From Octopus vulgaris (Eukaryota): 64,000 nucleotides of DNA. Position numbers and translations under genes: made by a program. The stretch lies in contig OX597829.1 in the NCBI GenBank assembly GCA_951406725.2, forward strand, positions 46,934,001 through 46,998,000, written 5' to 3'. Below, one piece after another: positions 1-14,372 of the stretch (its first letter is position 1; every line of letters starts with the position of its first letter). The notes under the pieces are model-generated. The model was not told where the DNA came from. It searched no databases and saw only the letters and a program-made list of their open reading frames with translations.

Positions 1-260
1 TCCCTCAGCAGACCTTATTTACTATTAATAGCGCGATTGCATTTGTTCATTGTGTCCATTGTTTAAGACTAAAAATGCCGCATGCGTGGTTTTACTTAGG
101 AAGCTTCCACGTTAACATGTTCTTAATGTAGGTACTGTCGTTTAGCCTGAGGTTAACCTTGATCGAATATATATATATATATATATATATATAGATGAAA
201 GGCATTTCAGCTATGACAATGCGATAAATTTAAGTGTATATATATATACATACATACATG

Positions 261-387
261 CAAAAATTCTATAATTATGCTTATAATTATAGAATTTTTG
301 TATAAGGTTACCGATAATGGTTCTTTTAACATACCGAACTACTTGGTAAAATTATTAATTATTAATTGATTAAATTTAATTTTACCC

Positions 388-392
<5 letters not shown>
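261..392 (+). mobile_element. Short non-coding PLE-type terminal fragment with 5' fold-back
   Basis: Perfect 18-bp inverted repeat (261-278/283-300), then a tail ending TTTTACCCTTTATT that resembles the reverse complement of the element end at ~36030. Confidence 0.45.
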
Positions 393-446
<54 letters not shown>

Positions 447-459
447 CATTATTATTATT

Positions 460-976
<517 letters not shown>

Positions 977-1332
977 ATTATTATATATACACACACACAG
1001 AGGAAGTACATTATCTAATGCTTCGTTTCCTTATTTGATGGAGTTTTGTATGCTATTTCTAGCAGGGTGAATGTCGTTGTAAATGCTTCCAAGTTCAAAC
1101 TTAGGCAAAGACGGTGAGGAAATAAAGTTGCAGTAACCTGGAAGGGTGGGCAGGGTGACATATTTTTAGGTGAAGGTTTATGAAGTGAGCTAACAGCACG
1201 ACCGATCTTAAGGAGAAGAACAGGAAAATCGGGTGATAGGTAGCTTTATAGTTTAGACGACCAGTTAGAAGTGTTGTAGCAAGAATGACAGAAACGACTA
1301 TTGTGTATGTCGGTGGCTAGTTGAGCTCGAAA

Positions 1333-1713
1333 TGTGTTTGTGTGTGTGTGCGTGCGTATTTGTTTGTGTTTGTGAGTGTTTGTATGTGTGTGTGTGCATG
1401 TGTTAGTGTGTGTGTGTGTGCATGTGTGTGCGTGCGTGTTTGTGTGTGTTTGTTTGTGAGTGTTTGTGTGTTTATGTGTGTGCGTGTGCGTGTGTGTGTG
1501 CGTGAGTGTGAGTGTGTGCGCGTGTTTGTGTTCGTGCGAGTGTGTTTGTGTGTATGTGAGTTTGTGTGCGTGTGTATGTTTGTGCGTGCATTTGTGTGCT
1601 TGTGTGTGTATGTGTGTGTGCGGGCGTGTGCATGTGTGTGTGTGTATTTGTGTGCGTGCGTGTGTGTTTGTGCATGCGTGTGTTTGTGTGTATTGTGTGT
1701 ATGTGCGTGTATT

Positions 1714-1757
<44 letters not shown>
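1333..1757. repeat. Degenerate (TG)n microsatellite
   Basis: Interrupted TG/CG dinucleotide tract. Confidence 0.9.
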
Positions 1758-1758
<1 letters not shown>

Positions 1759-2114
1759 TTCATCCAATTAAGTTAGCAGTTCTCTAACGTTGAGAAAGTA
1801 CTTTTGTACATTGCATGCCGACAGCAAGTTTGCATGGCTGCCGGAACTGTCGCTCAAGAGAAAGCCTAGCTGTAAAGTTATTTTATTTATAAATAGATAT
1901 GTATGTAGTCTGCCGTTCAGAGTAGTGGTTGTGAAATTGTGGATGCGACTACGGTGGAAATTATCTCCATTTTTACCCCCTCCTCGTAACCGATTCCAAG
2001 AAAGAGAAACAGACAGAGAAGTAGGAGATGGCATGAAATAGAAAGTAGAAGTCGTATCTAGGAACTAAACTTGCACGAACTTTAATTGAGAAATATCATT
2101 GTAACTGTTAAATT

Positions 2115-2344
2115 ACTCTTTTACTCTTTTACTCTTTTACTTGTTTCAGTCATTTGACTGCGGCCATGCTGGAGCACCGCCTTTAGTCAACCAAATCGAC
2201 CCCGGGACTTATTCTTTGTAAGCCTAGTACTTATTCTATCGGTCTCTTTTGCCGAACCGCTAAGTGACGGGGACGTAAACACACCAGCATCGGTTGTCAA
2301 GCAATGCTAGAGGGACAAAGACAAACACAGAAACACATACACAC

Positions 2345-2385
<41 letters not shown>

Positions 2386-2557
2386 CATATATACGACAGG
2401 CTTCTTTCAGTTTCCGTCTACCAAATCCACTCACATGGCATTGGTCGGCCCGGGGCTATAGCAGAAGACACTTGCCCAAGATGCCACGCAGTGGGACTGA
2501 ACCCGGAACCATGTGGTTGGTTAGCAAGCTACTTACCACACAGCCACTCCAGCGCCT
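2115..2557 (-). mobile_element. SINE group A, full length
   Basis: On minus: tRNA-like head GGCGC.GGAGTGGCTGTGTGGTAAG...GGGTTCAGTCCC, CCTTGGGCAAGT-like block, internal (TA)n/(TG)n, tail GGTGCTCCAGCATGGCCGCAGTCAAATGACTGAAACAAG(TAAAAGAG)n. More than 10 similar copies in window. Confidence 0.9.
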
Positions 2558-3159
2558 ATTAACGTATTTAAAACAGGTGGTGGTGTCAGAAAGCTAAAAA
2601 GAGATTAAAAATGCATGTGAGAAACGAGAAAACTCGTAAAATACTATGACAAAACTAGAAAACTTTAGTAAAAAGGTACAGAAAATATTGCATTCTGTAT
2701 ATCTTACTTAACGTGGACACCCTGTAGAACGCCACACAATTACGATATTCGTACTGAGAAGGATTTTCGTATGGGTATATTGTGCTAAGAAGCAGTGTAG
2801 TACTATACGTCTGTTCAAGTAACTTTCGCAAGATGAATACCGCTGTATTGTGGATTTCTTACTGTACATGTGAAGTTAGATATACAAAATGTTTTTCTAA
2901 ACTAATACTTCTCCCGTTGCTAATAATGAATTTTTACGGTAATAAATATTTGTCAATGACTGAAGTTGCTTTAAGCGTTTAGTCACAGACAGGAAAAACT
3001 CCAGACTTATTTAGATTTCCCTGTGAACTTGTAAGCAAATTATAGATTTCACCATAATTGCTGAAGTATTGATGAGATAATCACTAAATAAATGTACATG
3101 GTTTTACACTGGTTTACCGTAAAGAAATATAATTGTTTGTGAAATAAGTAACATAAACG

Positions 3160-3174
3160 GATAATAATAATGAA

Positions 3175-3242
<68 letters not shown>

Positions 3243-3500
3243 AATTATTGTATACAGTGCTCAGGTACACCACAACTTGTCAGAAAGTGCGTATAAAGTA
3301 TATGCAGTAATGTACAAATGTCTGGAAAGTGAACAGTGTATGAGTCAGATACATGCTTGTGAATTTATGGAGAGGAGAAAATCAGGTGTAGTGTTGGCGA
3401 ATCTCAGAAAGCATGGAAGTTTTCAAGGATGCAGTGCTCCGACAACTAACAACTGATGCTGGCAGTTTGTTCCATGCTTCAGCAACTCTCGGCGTGAAAA
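3160..3500 (-). mobile_element. CR1/L2-group LINE 3' end with (ATT)n tail
   Basis: Minus translation FTPRVAEAWNKLPASVVSCRSTASLKTSM...stop matches the F..RV...WN.LP..VV C-terminal motif; followed by UTR and (ATT)n. Confidence 0.75.
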
Positions 3501-3840
3501 TTTAGTGTTAGCATATGCAATATGAAGAACATGGAATGGTTATCTAGAAATATATCTGTGTGGTTAAGTAAATACACTAATGTAAATTAGAACCCTGTGT
3601 AGATAAGTATCGTGTTCAATTTCGCTGTATGACATCTCTTACGCGTGCCATGGGCCAGATAACACATCGTGAGCGGATTTCGTAAACAGGAACTTAGCAT
3701 TTCGGCAAAAAAGAAAAAAATTATAGTCCAATTATCAGATTTAAAAGCTAAGTATTGGGTTCGATTTGTTAGAGAAATCTCCTCAACGTGACTCTCCGGC
3801 ATCACTGCAGTCACATGACCAAAATTAGTAAAACTCTATA

Positions 3841-4057
3841 CAAGAGAGTGCTGAGAAGTTCCTGGCTTTGAGTAGAAGAAAATACAAGAGGATCGGTGAA
3901 TTATGACTTTATTCAACATATTCCTCGCTCAGATTCACACACTTATTGTAGTGGTTCTTTACGTTTTCTAAACCCTGTAAAAGAACTCGGAAGGTCGGGC
4001 CTCCACCCAGGCCTTCCACGACACCATTAAAGACAGGAAGTGTTCAGTACACCCTCG
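3841..4057 (-). mobile_element. Mariner-derived MITE
   Basis: Imperfect ~28 bp TIRs (CAAGAGAGTGCTGAGAAGTTCCTGGCTTT / CGAGGGTGTACTGAACACTTCCTGTCTTT), TA flanks, and the transposase C-terminus NKCVNLSEEYVE-stop on minus. Confidence 0.8.
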
Positions 4058-4086
4058 TATGTGTATGTGTGTGCGTGTGTGTATAT

Positions 4087-4132
<46 letters not shown>

Positions 4133-4160
4133 TACATACATACATACATACATACATACA

Positions 4161-4192
<32 letters not shown>

Positions 4193-4381
4193 CACACACA
4201 CACACACACGCTGGATTAAGTGTTCGTTCCTCTTTTTGTTTTTTGTCTTCTGCAATTTTATTTTTGGAACTTCTATATTGATGAAAGAATTTTCCTCCGT
4301 CTGGCTGTTTTTCTCTTTACAAAACAGAAAGTTGCATTATGGAACAGTCCTTTTAATGAGTTTTTATTTATTTATTTATTT

Positions 4382-4485
4382 ATCACCCGATGAGATACGT
4401 CTGCACCACCGGATACTCCAGAACCAATTGTTGAGTGTCCCACAAGAAGAATCGATGCTAGGTGTGTCGAAACACTTGTTGTGAT
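4382..4485 (+). ncRNA. Hammerhead ribozyme-like motif (CCGAUGA core variant) in a PLE-type fragment
   Basis: Stem I ATCAC/GTGAT, core CCGATGA, stem II GATACGTCT/AGGTGTGTC with long loop, GAAA, stem III ACA/TGT, site GUU. Confidence 0.55.
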
Positions 4486-4520
4486 TAATAATATATTCTA
4501 GTATATTCCATCTTCTGTTG

Positions 4521-4597
<77 letters not shown>

Positions 4598-4631
4598 TGT
4601 GTGAGTGTGTGTGTGTGTGTGCGCGCGCATG

Positions 4632-4811
4632 GTGTTGAAAAGGAGGATCAGTTAATTATGATTTTATTCAACTTATTCCCCTTCAAGATCCACACACTTA
4701 TTGCAACGATCCTTTAGTTTTCCTAAACCTTTTAAAAGAACTCGGAAGGTTAGGCCCCCAACCAGGCCTTTTACGACACCCTTAAAACTAGAATCTTCTG
4801 AAACTCTCACG
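4632..4811 (-). mobile_element. Mariner-derived MITE, partial
   Basis: Similar to 3841-4057 (CACACACTTATTG...AAAAGAACTCGGAAGG). Confidence 0.7.
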
Positions 4812-4993
4812 TGTTTAGGGGGAGGAGGTGCATTTGTGCGTGTGTGCGCATGCGTATCCTAAATCAAACTAATAAGATAATTTACCTCTTGAAATAAAAT
4901 TTTGATTTCAGTGGAATTTGGGGAAAATCTTGTTTATTCAGATGCTTGTTAATTATACAGTTCATTCTATTGACAAAGTCATTTTAAAAATAA

Positions 4994-5396
4994 CAAGCAG
5001 TATCGCCCGGCGTTGCTCGGGTTTGTAAGGGAAATAACTATATAAGCATTTTTAGAGAGTTATAGCCAAAAAATAGCAAAAAAATGCATTAAAAATGGAA
5101 AAAAAATTATGGTAATTTTTTTTTTAAATCGTTGACTCATTGTAGACATTTTTAGAGAGTTACTTCCCATATATAATAGCGAAAAAAATGCATTAAAATG
5201 GAAAAAAATTATGGTAATTTTTTTTTTTAATCGTACACTCATCGTAGACGCGCGCTAATACCCAGAAGGGCTCGATATGAATCACGACTATAAGATACCC
5301 GGTTTTGGTTAAACTGCACCGCAAAATGTGGGAGTAGTTAGGAATCTAAATCGTAGGAGACAGACAGACACACAACCTCTCTTTTATATATAAAGA
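4994..5396 (-). mobile_element. Non-autonomous Helitron
   Basis: On minus: 5' TCTTTATATATAAAA, 3' hairpin CCCGAGCAACGCCGGG then CTTG (CTAG variant), inserted A|T; internal ~100 bp duplication. Homologs at 11736 and 61453. Confidence 0.8.
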
Positions 5397-5649
5397 TATC
5401 CTGAGACAGTTGTCACCTCTCACTTGTACATGCTTCTGTTTTTTTGTTTTTTTTTTGTTTTTTTTTTTACTCTCATTAAAAACATTGTCTTAATCTTTGA
5501 GGAGTAATTGCTTTGACAGGAAGACAGACTGAAGACGGAATTAACATCTGATTGGCAAGAACGCAGCAGAGGGGCGCAATTAGATCGTCTTCAGTAAAGC
5601 AATAAGCTTTATTGGTGGAGACAATGCTTATTACTTATTTCTCTTTCCT

Positions 5650-5894
5650 GTTTTACTCTTTTTACTCTTTTACTTGTTTCAGTCATTTTCACTGCGGCCA
5701 TGCTGGAGCACCGCCTTTTAGTCGAGCAAATCGACCCCGGGACTTATTCTTTTTGTAAGTCCAGTACTTATTCTATCGTTCTCTTTTGCCGAAACGCTAA
5801 GTAACGGGGACATAAACACACCAGCATCGGTTGTCAAGCAATGCTAGAGGGACAAACACAGACACACAAACAAACACACACACACACACACATG

Positions 5895-5934
<40 letters not shown>

Positions 5935-6083
5935 TACGAGAGGATTCTTTCAGTTTCCGTCTACCAAATCCACTCACAAGGCTTTGGTCGGCCCGGGGCC
6001 ATAGTAGAAGACACTTGCCCAAGATGCCACGCAGTGGGACTGAACCCGGAACCATGTGGTTGGTTAGCAAGCTACTTACCACA
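5650..6083 (-). mobile_element. SINE group A
   Basis: Same blocks as 2115-2557. Confidence 0.9.
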
Positions 6084-6474
6084 CATCCATTTTTATTTAT
6101 TTATTCTATTTCTTTACTTGTTTCACTCATTAGACTGTGGTCATACTGGGGCACCGTCTTGAAGTATTTTCACTCGAATGAATCGTAACCTGGGGCTTAT
6201 TCTTTTAAGCTTGGTACTTATACTATCCGTCTCTTACATATTATTTTCCACTTTAAGAACAAGGCCTGAAATTTGGTAGAGTGGGATAGTTGACCTCGGC
6301 GGGATTTGAACTCAGAGCATGAAGACAGACAAAATACTGCTAAAAATTTCGCCCGGCGTGCTAACGATTCTCCCATCTCACCACCTTATCAGTATCTTAT
6401 ATATTCTTTTTTCCTCTAGGCACAAACCCGAAACTTTTGGGGAGAGGGCCAGTACCCCAGTACACAACTGGTAC

Positions 6475-8112
<1,638 letters not shown>

Positions 8113-8154
8113 GAAAAGAAAATAAATTGCTCATAGGTTAATGTAGTTTGGAAT

Positions 8155-8542
8155 GCGCCGAGCGAAATGCTTAGCGGTATTTCCTCTGCCGTTACATTTT
8201 GAGTTCAAATTCCGCCGAGGTCGACTTTGCCTTTCATCCTTTCGGGGTCGATAAATTAAGTACCAGTTACGCACTGGGGTTGATATAATCGACTTAAACC
8301 GTTTGTCTGTCCTTGTTTGTTTCCTCTGTGTTTAGCCCCTTGTGGGTAGTAAAGAAATAGGTATTTCGTCTGTCGTTACGTTCTGAGTTCAAATTACGCC
8401 GAGGTCGACTTTACCTTTCGTCTTTTCGGGGTCGATAAATAAAGTACCAGTTTCGCACTGGGGTCGAAGTAATCGACTCAATCCCTTTGTCTGTCCTTGT
8501 TTGTCCCCTCTATGTTTAGCCCCTTGTGGGCAATAAAGAAAT
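8155..8542 (+). mobile_element. SINE group C (Meta-like central block), 3' part duplicated
   Basis: B-box GAGTTCAAATTCC, block GTCGACTTTGCCTTTCATCCTTTCGGGGTCGATAAA and tail TTTAGCCCCTTGTGGG..TAAAGAAATA each occur twice. Meta-domain assignment is from memory and needs a search. Confidence 0.8.
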
Positions 8543-8959
8543 ATATATACATGCTTTTAATCCTAAATGTGCTCGACGAAGGATATTGTTGAGGCGGGAG
8601 AAAGAAGCAGCAAGCGCTACTTCCGATTCTTAAGCAAGCAAACCAACGTTATCATTTTAACTTAGAATTTCAAAGCCATAAGTCTATTTCTTTCCCTCGA
8701 GGATAACAACTCGATAGACAATACCGTTGATCGGACGCACTAAAGGATTAAGAAGTAATTAGTAACAAGAAATCCTATTATATCCAGCTAATCTCTGAAA
8801 TACGTTTATTCAGTTATTGACCTATTAAATCGAGTTTAGATTTAAATAATTCACATCTGGTTTATAATTGAACAATAAAATAGAAAATAAATAAATAAAT
8901 GTGAGACAAACTTAATAATTCAGGATGCTTGCGGTTTTCCTGTTTGCATGTTTGTGTAT

Positions 8960-9004
<45 letters not shown>

Positions 9005-9162
9005 CGGGTGTATTCGCACGCGTACGTGTATGTATGTATGAATAAGCAGCATGGCATTGGCTGGATCTATGCACATGCACTCATACACACACAGACACCT
9101 CCATACATACACACATTCACACTCAGACGTATATATATATATATGTATAAATATATGTAAAT

Positions 9163-9548
9163 GTGGAGGCGCAATGGCCCAGTGGTTAGGGCAGCGAACT
9201 CGCGGTCATAGGATCGCGGTTTCGATTCCCAGACCGGGCGTTGTGAGTGTTTATTGAGCGAAAACACCTAAAAAGCTCCACGAGGCTCCGGCAGGGGATG
9301 GTGGTGATCCCTGCTGTACTCTTTCACCACAACTTTCTCTCACTCTTACTTCCTGTTTCTGTTGTACCTGTATTTCAAAGGGCCGGCCTTGTCACTCTCT
9401 GTGTCACGCTGAATATCCCCGAGAACTACGTTAAGGGTGCACGTGTCTGTGGAGTGCTCAGCCACTTACACTTTCATTTCACGAGCAGGCTGTTCCATTG
9501 ATTCGGATCAACAGGAACCCTCGTCGTCGTAACCGACGGAGTGCTTCC
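9163..9548 (+). mobile_element. SINE group B, full length with TSD
   Basis: tRNA-like head (A box TGGCCCAGTGG, B box GGTTTCGATTCC); TSD ATATGTAAAT at 9153-9162 and 9549-9558. Confidence 0.92.
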
Positions 9549-9582
9549 ATATGTAAATATATGTATATATGTAAATACAAAC

Positions 9583-9613
<31 letters not shown>

Positions 9614-9648
9614 TGTATGTATGTATGTATGTATATAAGTAAGCATGA

Positions 9649-9706
<58 letters not shown>

Positions 9707-9723
9707 GTATGTATATAAGTAAG

Positions 9724-9850
9724 CATGAATGTGAAACAAGGTGGGGAAAAAATAGTACTCGAATACCTGAGGTAGAGTAATATGTTTTATTTCTTAAGCT
9801 GAAAAAGCATCAGAAAAATGTAAAAAAAACTGCTACGTTGAGTTTCACGT
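9724..9850 (-). mobile_element. PLE-type fragment with 3' half of an HHR
   Basis: Minus reads ACGTGAAACTCAACGTAGCAGTTTT, homologous to the HHR at 14788-14827; truncated at (CA)n. Confidence 0.45.
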
Positions 9851-9867
9851 ACACACACACAAACACA

Positions 9868-9906
<39 letters not shown>

Positions 9907-10005
9907 CAAAATCAATTCTGAAAGATAAATCTGAGAACGAATAAAACATTCAGTCCGTAGTCGGTAGTCCGACGAAATGTACTTTGGCAGATTAACGATT
10001 ACGGA

Positions 10006-10072
<67 letters not shown>

Positions 10073-10791
10073 ATCTTTCTCATCGCTCGACAGCCTGTTT
10101 CAATTTGTTTGCTTCAATGTTACTTAGTTCAATTGAATACATACCTGACTTAAAAATACGCTCTGAGCTCCATGTGATCGACTAAAGTCTTTGAGGTAGT
10201 GCACCAGCGTGGTCGCAATCCAATGAGTGAAACCAGACAAAGAGCAAAAAAACCTAAAGGAATTACTTTACGTTGAAGAACCCAATTTAAATTTGAAGTT
10301 AAATTCTCGAGCTACAACCAATAAATCATCGATAACAAGTTTTATTGGGATTTGAATGTCCACAAATCTACTTTCATAACTGAATTTCGAAATAGCATAA
10401 TTTAATTTTTATCGAAATTACTTTTACTATTTCCCTAAAAATAAAATTTCTTTATGCTAGTAATAAAATGAGAGAAAATTGCTTTTGAATCACATTTGCA
10501 TACACGCGCGCGCGCGCTTCTCTGTATGAATATGCAAGCACTATTTCGTGTGTGTGTATGAGTAGGATGTTTACAAGATGCTCAATGGCCTGGCAAAAGT
10601 ACATCTTAGTTCACCTGATCAAGGTGTTTGTTCCTGAATAAAGTATGCGTGTGGGTGTTTGTGTGTACGTATATATGCATATTACATATGTTTTTATTCT
10701 TTTACTTGTTTGAGTAGTTTGACTGCAGCCATGCTGGAGTACGGCCTTAAAGGGTTTAACACGAAAGACATGAATATATATATAGATATAT

Positions 10792-11163
10792 AGGCGTAGG
10801 AGTGGCTGTGTGGTAAATAGCTTGCTAACCAACCACATGGTTCCGGGTTCAGTCCCACTGCGTGGCACCTTGGGGGGCAAGTGTCTTCTACTATAGCCTC
10901 GGGCCGACCAAAGTCTTGTGAGTGGATTTCGTAGACGAAAACTGAAAGAAGCCCGTCGTATATATGTATATATGTATGTGTATGTGTGTATGTTTGTGTA
11001 TCTGCGTTTGTCCTCCCAACATCGCTTGACAACCGATGCTGGTGTATTTACGTCCTCGTAACTTAGCGGTTCGGCAAAAGAGGCCGATATAATAAGTACT
11101 GGGCTTACAAAGAATAGGTCGGTGCTCCAGTCAAATGACTGAAACAAGTAAAAGAGTAGAAGA

Positions 11164-11164
<1 letters not shown>
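10792..11164 (+). mobile_element. SINE group A (internal deletion near tail)
   Basis: Head GGCGTAGGAGTGGCTGTGTGG through tail GAAACAAGTAAAAGAGTAG. Confidence 0.88.
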
Positions 11165-11213
<49 letters not shown>

Positions 11214-11426
11214 AAGGGATGTGTTATAATACTATTCCACACATACAAAAACAGTACAGTCATACTAACAATCCAACATACCTCCATCGTCAGCTACTCC
11301 ATGGATATCATTATGGTTTCGACACCTGGGCAGTACCATTCAGTGTCAGCAGCACTAAAATAAGTGTTGTTTGAGAACAAAAATACCAAAGAAACAGCAA
11401 CTTTCAAACACCTAAGTACAACTCTA

Positions 11427-11498
<72 letters not shown>

Positions 11499-11501
<3 letters not shown>

Positions 11502-11720
11502 TAATCCTTCAAGTATCGCGGGTGTTACTCTCCAAAACACCCCGCGATAGGTGAAAATCCGCGAAGTAGAAACAGTAATGTACTGTGTATATTTTATCGT
11601 ATTTGTATAATTTGTATGCATTTATTTTGATATAAATGCAAAACCACATCACAGAGGAATCGACCTAAGCTTAAATGATAAACCGCGGTAGCTGAACCGC
11701 GATATGGCGAGGGATTACTG
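11499..11720. mobile_element. pogo/Tigger-like MITE
   Basis: Imperfect TIRs TAGTAATCCTTCAAGTATCGCGG / CCGCGATATGGCGAGGGATTACTG (CAGT-type ends). Confidence 0.65.
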
Positions 11721-11735
11721 CATATATATATCACA

Positions 11736-12247
11736 TCTATATATATAAAACTGTAGTTGTGTGAATGTCTGTCCCCTTCAATTTAGATTCCTAACTACTC
11801 CCACATTTTGAGGTGCAGTTTAACCAAAACCGGGTATCTTATAGTCGTGATTCATATCGAGCCCGTCTGGCTATTAGCGCGCGTCTACGATGAGTCTACG
11901 ATTTTTAAAATAATTTAACATCCTTTTTTATTCCATTTTAATGCATAAAATGCATCGTGTGTCGATGGCGGCGGAGTTGGCGTCCACGCTCACAGCTGCA
12001 CCTGTTTGCTTCTCCCCCTTCCCTCCCTCGTGAAGCTGTGGGGAAGGGAGTGTAAGTAAATCAACGTCGTAAAGCGTTGTCAAGGAGACCAGCGTTCTTT
12101 TAGAACAACGACTTCATGGCTTGAAGACACCAAAACAGAAATGGCTAAGAAAGCCCGAATTGGAATCTATAAGGGAAGTAACTCTCTAAAAATGCTTATA
12201 TAGTTATTTCCCTTACAAACCCAAGCAACGGCGGGCGATACTGCTAG
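11736..12247 (+). mobile_element. Non-autonomous Helitron with extra internal segment
   Basis: A|TCTATATATATAAAA ... CCCAAGCAACGGCGGG...CTAG|T. Confidence 0.85.
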
Positions 12248-12315
12248 TATTATATAAACGTTTAACGGCAAAATTTCATTTCGTTGAAGTGAAGCATAAA
12301 AGAAGTAGGTTACCT

Positions 12316-12620
12316 TAATCCCTGCAGTTTCGAAGCTCGCGGCAGCGGGCCAACTTGGGGCCAACTAGTGCAGGTGGCAACGAGTTGGCATACTGGGCTT
12401 GAAGCCATGATGGAGGGCAAACGTCTAAAACAATTGTTTTGCAGTCTGGACGCACATCAAGAGAGGTGGCACTGCTTGGTTTGGAAATCCCCTCTGCCAG
12501 TTTGGCAATTCTCTGCATTCTCAACTTTCTTGATTTCCTCTCTCCAACTCGGTTCTCTCTCTCTCTCACTTCTTGTAGTTGTATATTTTATTGGCAGCTG
12601 TTTGGTCACCACGAAACACA
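12316..12620 (+). mobile_element. Possible LINE 3' end (I/Ingi-group-like) ahead of (CATA)n
   Basis: Frameshifted RVGHTGL-like and FC...HCL-like remnants, GC-richer than flanks, running into the CATA array. Confidence 0.3.
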
Positions 12621-12695
12621 CATACACATACATACATACATATATACATACATACATACATACATACATACATACATACATGCATACATACATAC

Positions 12696-12726
<31 letters not shown>

Positions 12727-12995
12727 CTTACATACATACATACATAATACATACATACATACATACATGCATACATACATACACTCATACGTACATACAT
12801 ACATACATGCATGCATACATACATACACACATACATACATACATACACACACACATACATACATACATACATACATACAAACATACATACATACATACTT
12901 ACATACATACATACATACACACATACATACATACATGCATGCATACATACATACATTCATACATACATACATACATACATACATACATACATACA

Positions 12996-13029
<34 letters not shown>

Positions 13030-13035
13030 CATACA
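12617..13035. repeat. (CATA)n tetranucleotide array
   Basis: Interrupted CATA repeats; similar arrays at 13360-13556 and 63100-63405. Confidence 0.95.
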
Positions 13036-13522
13036 ACCTCACACGCGCATACTGTAATAAATAACAGAAACAGAGATTTACATATCCAGGTTTTTGTTAT
13101 ACGGTTAATCACATCTTTCTCTGTCGGGACCTACACATATTCCCGCTGCAAGCCGGTGCACACTGCATATGGTGCACCTTGATGTGAATCTTGGTGAGGA
13201 TTAACCGAGTATAATAAATTTAACTAACTAGGGTTCATCTACATTTACTAACCGGTAAAAGCGAACTCGGTACCGGCTAGGAGTATATATATCCTTCTTA
13301 ACCAATTTGGATAGTTACCGTTATACATACACGCACACACACGCACACACACACACACACATACATACATACATACAACTTACATGCATACATACATACA
13401 TACATGCATACATACATACGTACATACATACAACTTACATGCATGCATACATACATACATACATACAACTTACATGCATGCATACATACATACATACATA
13501 CATACATGCATACATGCATACA

Positions 13523-13609
<87 letters not shown>

Positions 13610-13637
13610 GTATATATATATATATGTATATATATGC

Positions 13638-14056
13638 CATTTTATTCTTTTATTTGTTTCAGGCGTTTGACTGCGGCCATACTGGAGCACCGCCTTTTAG
13701 TCGCACAAATCGACTCCGCGAGTTTTTTCTTTGTAAGCCTGATAAGTATTCTATCGGTAACTTTTGCTTGAACCACTAAGTTACGGGGACGTAAACACAC
13801 AAACATCGTTAATGTATGTTTTTGTGTGTAGGTAGTGTAGCTGATGCCCATTAGTTTAGTCATTAAGAAATCCTACGAAAGATACAAACCATATATTAAC
13901 CGCAAATAAGAAAGTGTGAATTATCATTTGCCGTTTAATTTATGAGGAAACCGATTTTCAATATATTCGGGTAATTCGCTTCCGTTTACTTCTTACTTAT
14001 GTGTATGTGTGCGTGTATGTATATATGGATATATGTATGTATGTATTATGTATTTA

Positions 14057-14115
<59 letters not shown>

Positions 14116-14315
14116 GACGGGATTATATATATATATATACGACGGGATTATATATATATATATACGACGGGATTCTTTCAGCTTCCGTCTACCAAATCCA
14201 TTCACAAGGCTTTGGTCAGTCCGCAGAAATAAAAGACACTTTCCCAAGGTGCCATTCAGCTGAATTGAACCCAAAATCATGTGTGCAAACTTCTTTCAAT
14301 TCAGGCACGCCAGCG

Positions 14316-14318
<3 letters not shown>
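13638..14318 (-). mobile_element. Diverged SINE group A in two pieces
   Basis: Tail half 13638-13808 and head half 14113-14318; TACGACGGGATT occurs 3 times at the head-half edge. Confidence 0.7.

Positions 14319-14370
<52 letters not shown>

Positions 14371-14372
<2 letters not shown>

Noticed and set aside
1000-1320. Possible old LINE 3' end on minus (also 26590-26900 and 27450-28850)
   Set aside because: Motif similarity too weak by eye; needs a profile search.
2304-2597. Recurring peptide [28 protein letters not shown] in many ORFs
   Set aside because: Antisense translation of SINE A head, not a gene family.
9163-9240. SINE heads as functional tRNA genes (also 35129-35196)
   Set aside because: No convincing acceptor stem or adjacent terminator; they continue into repeat bodies.
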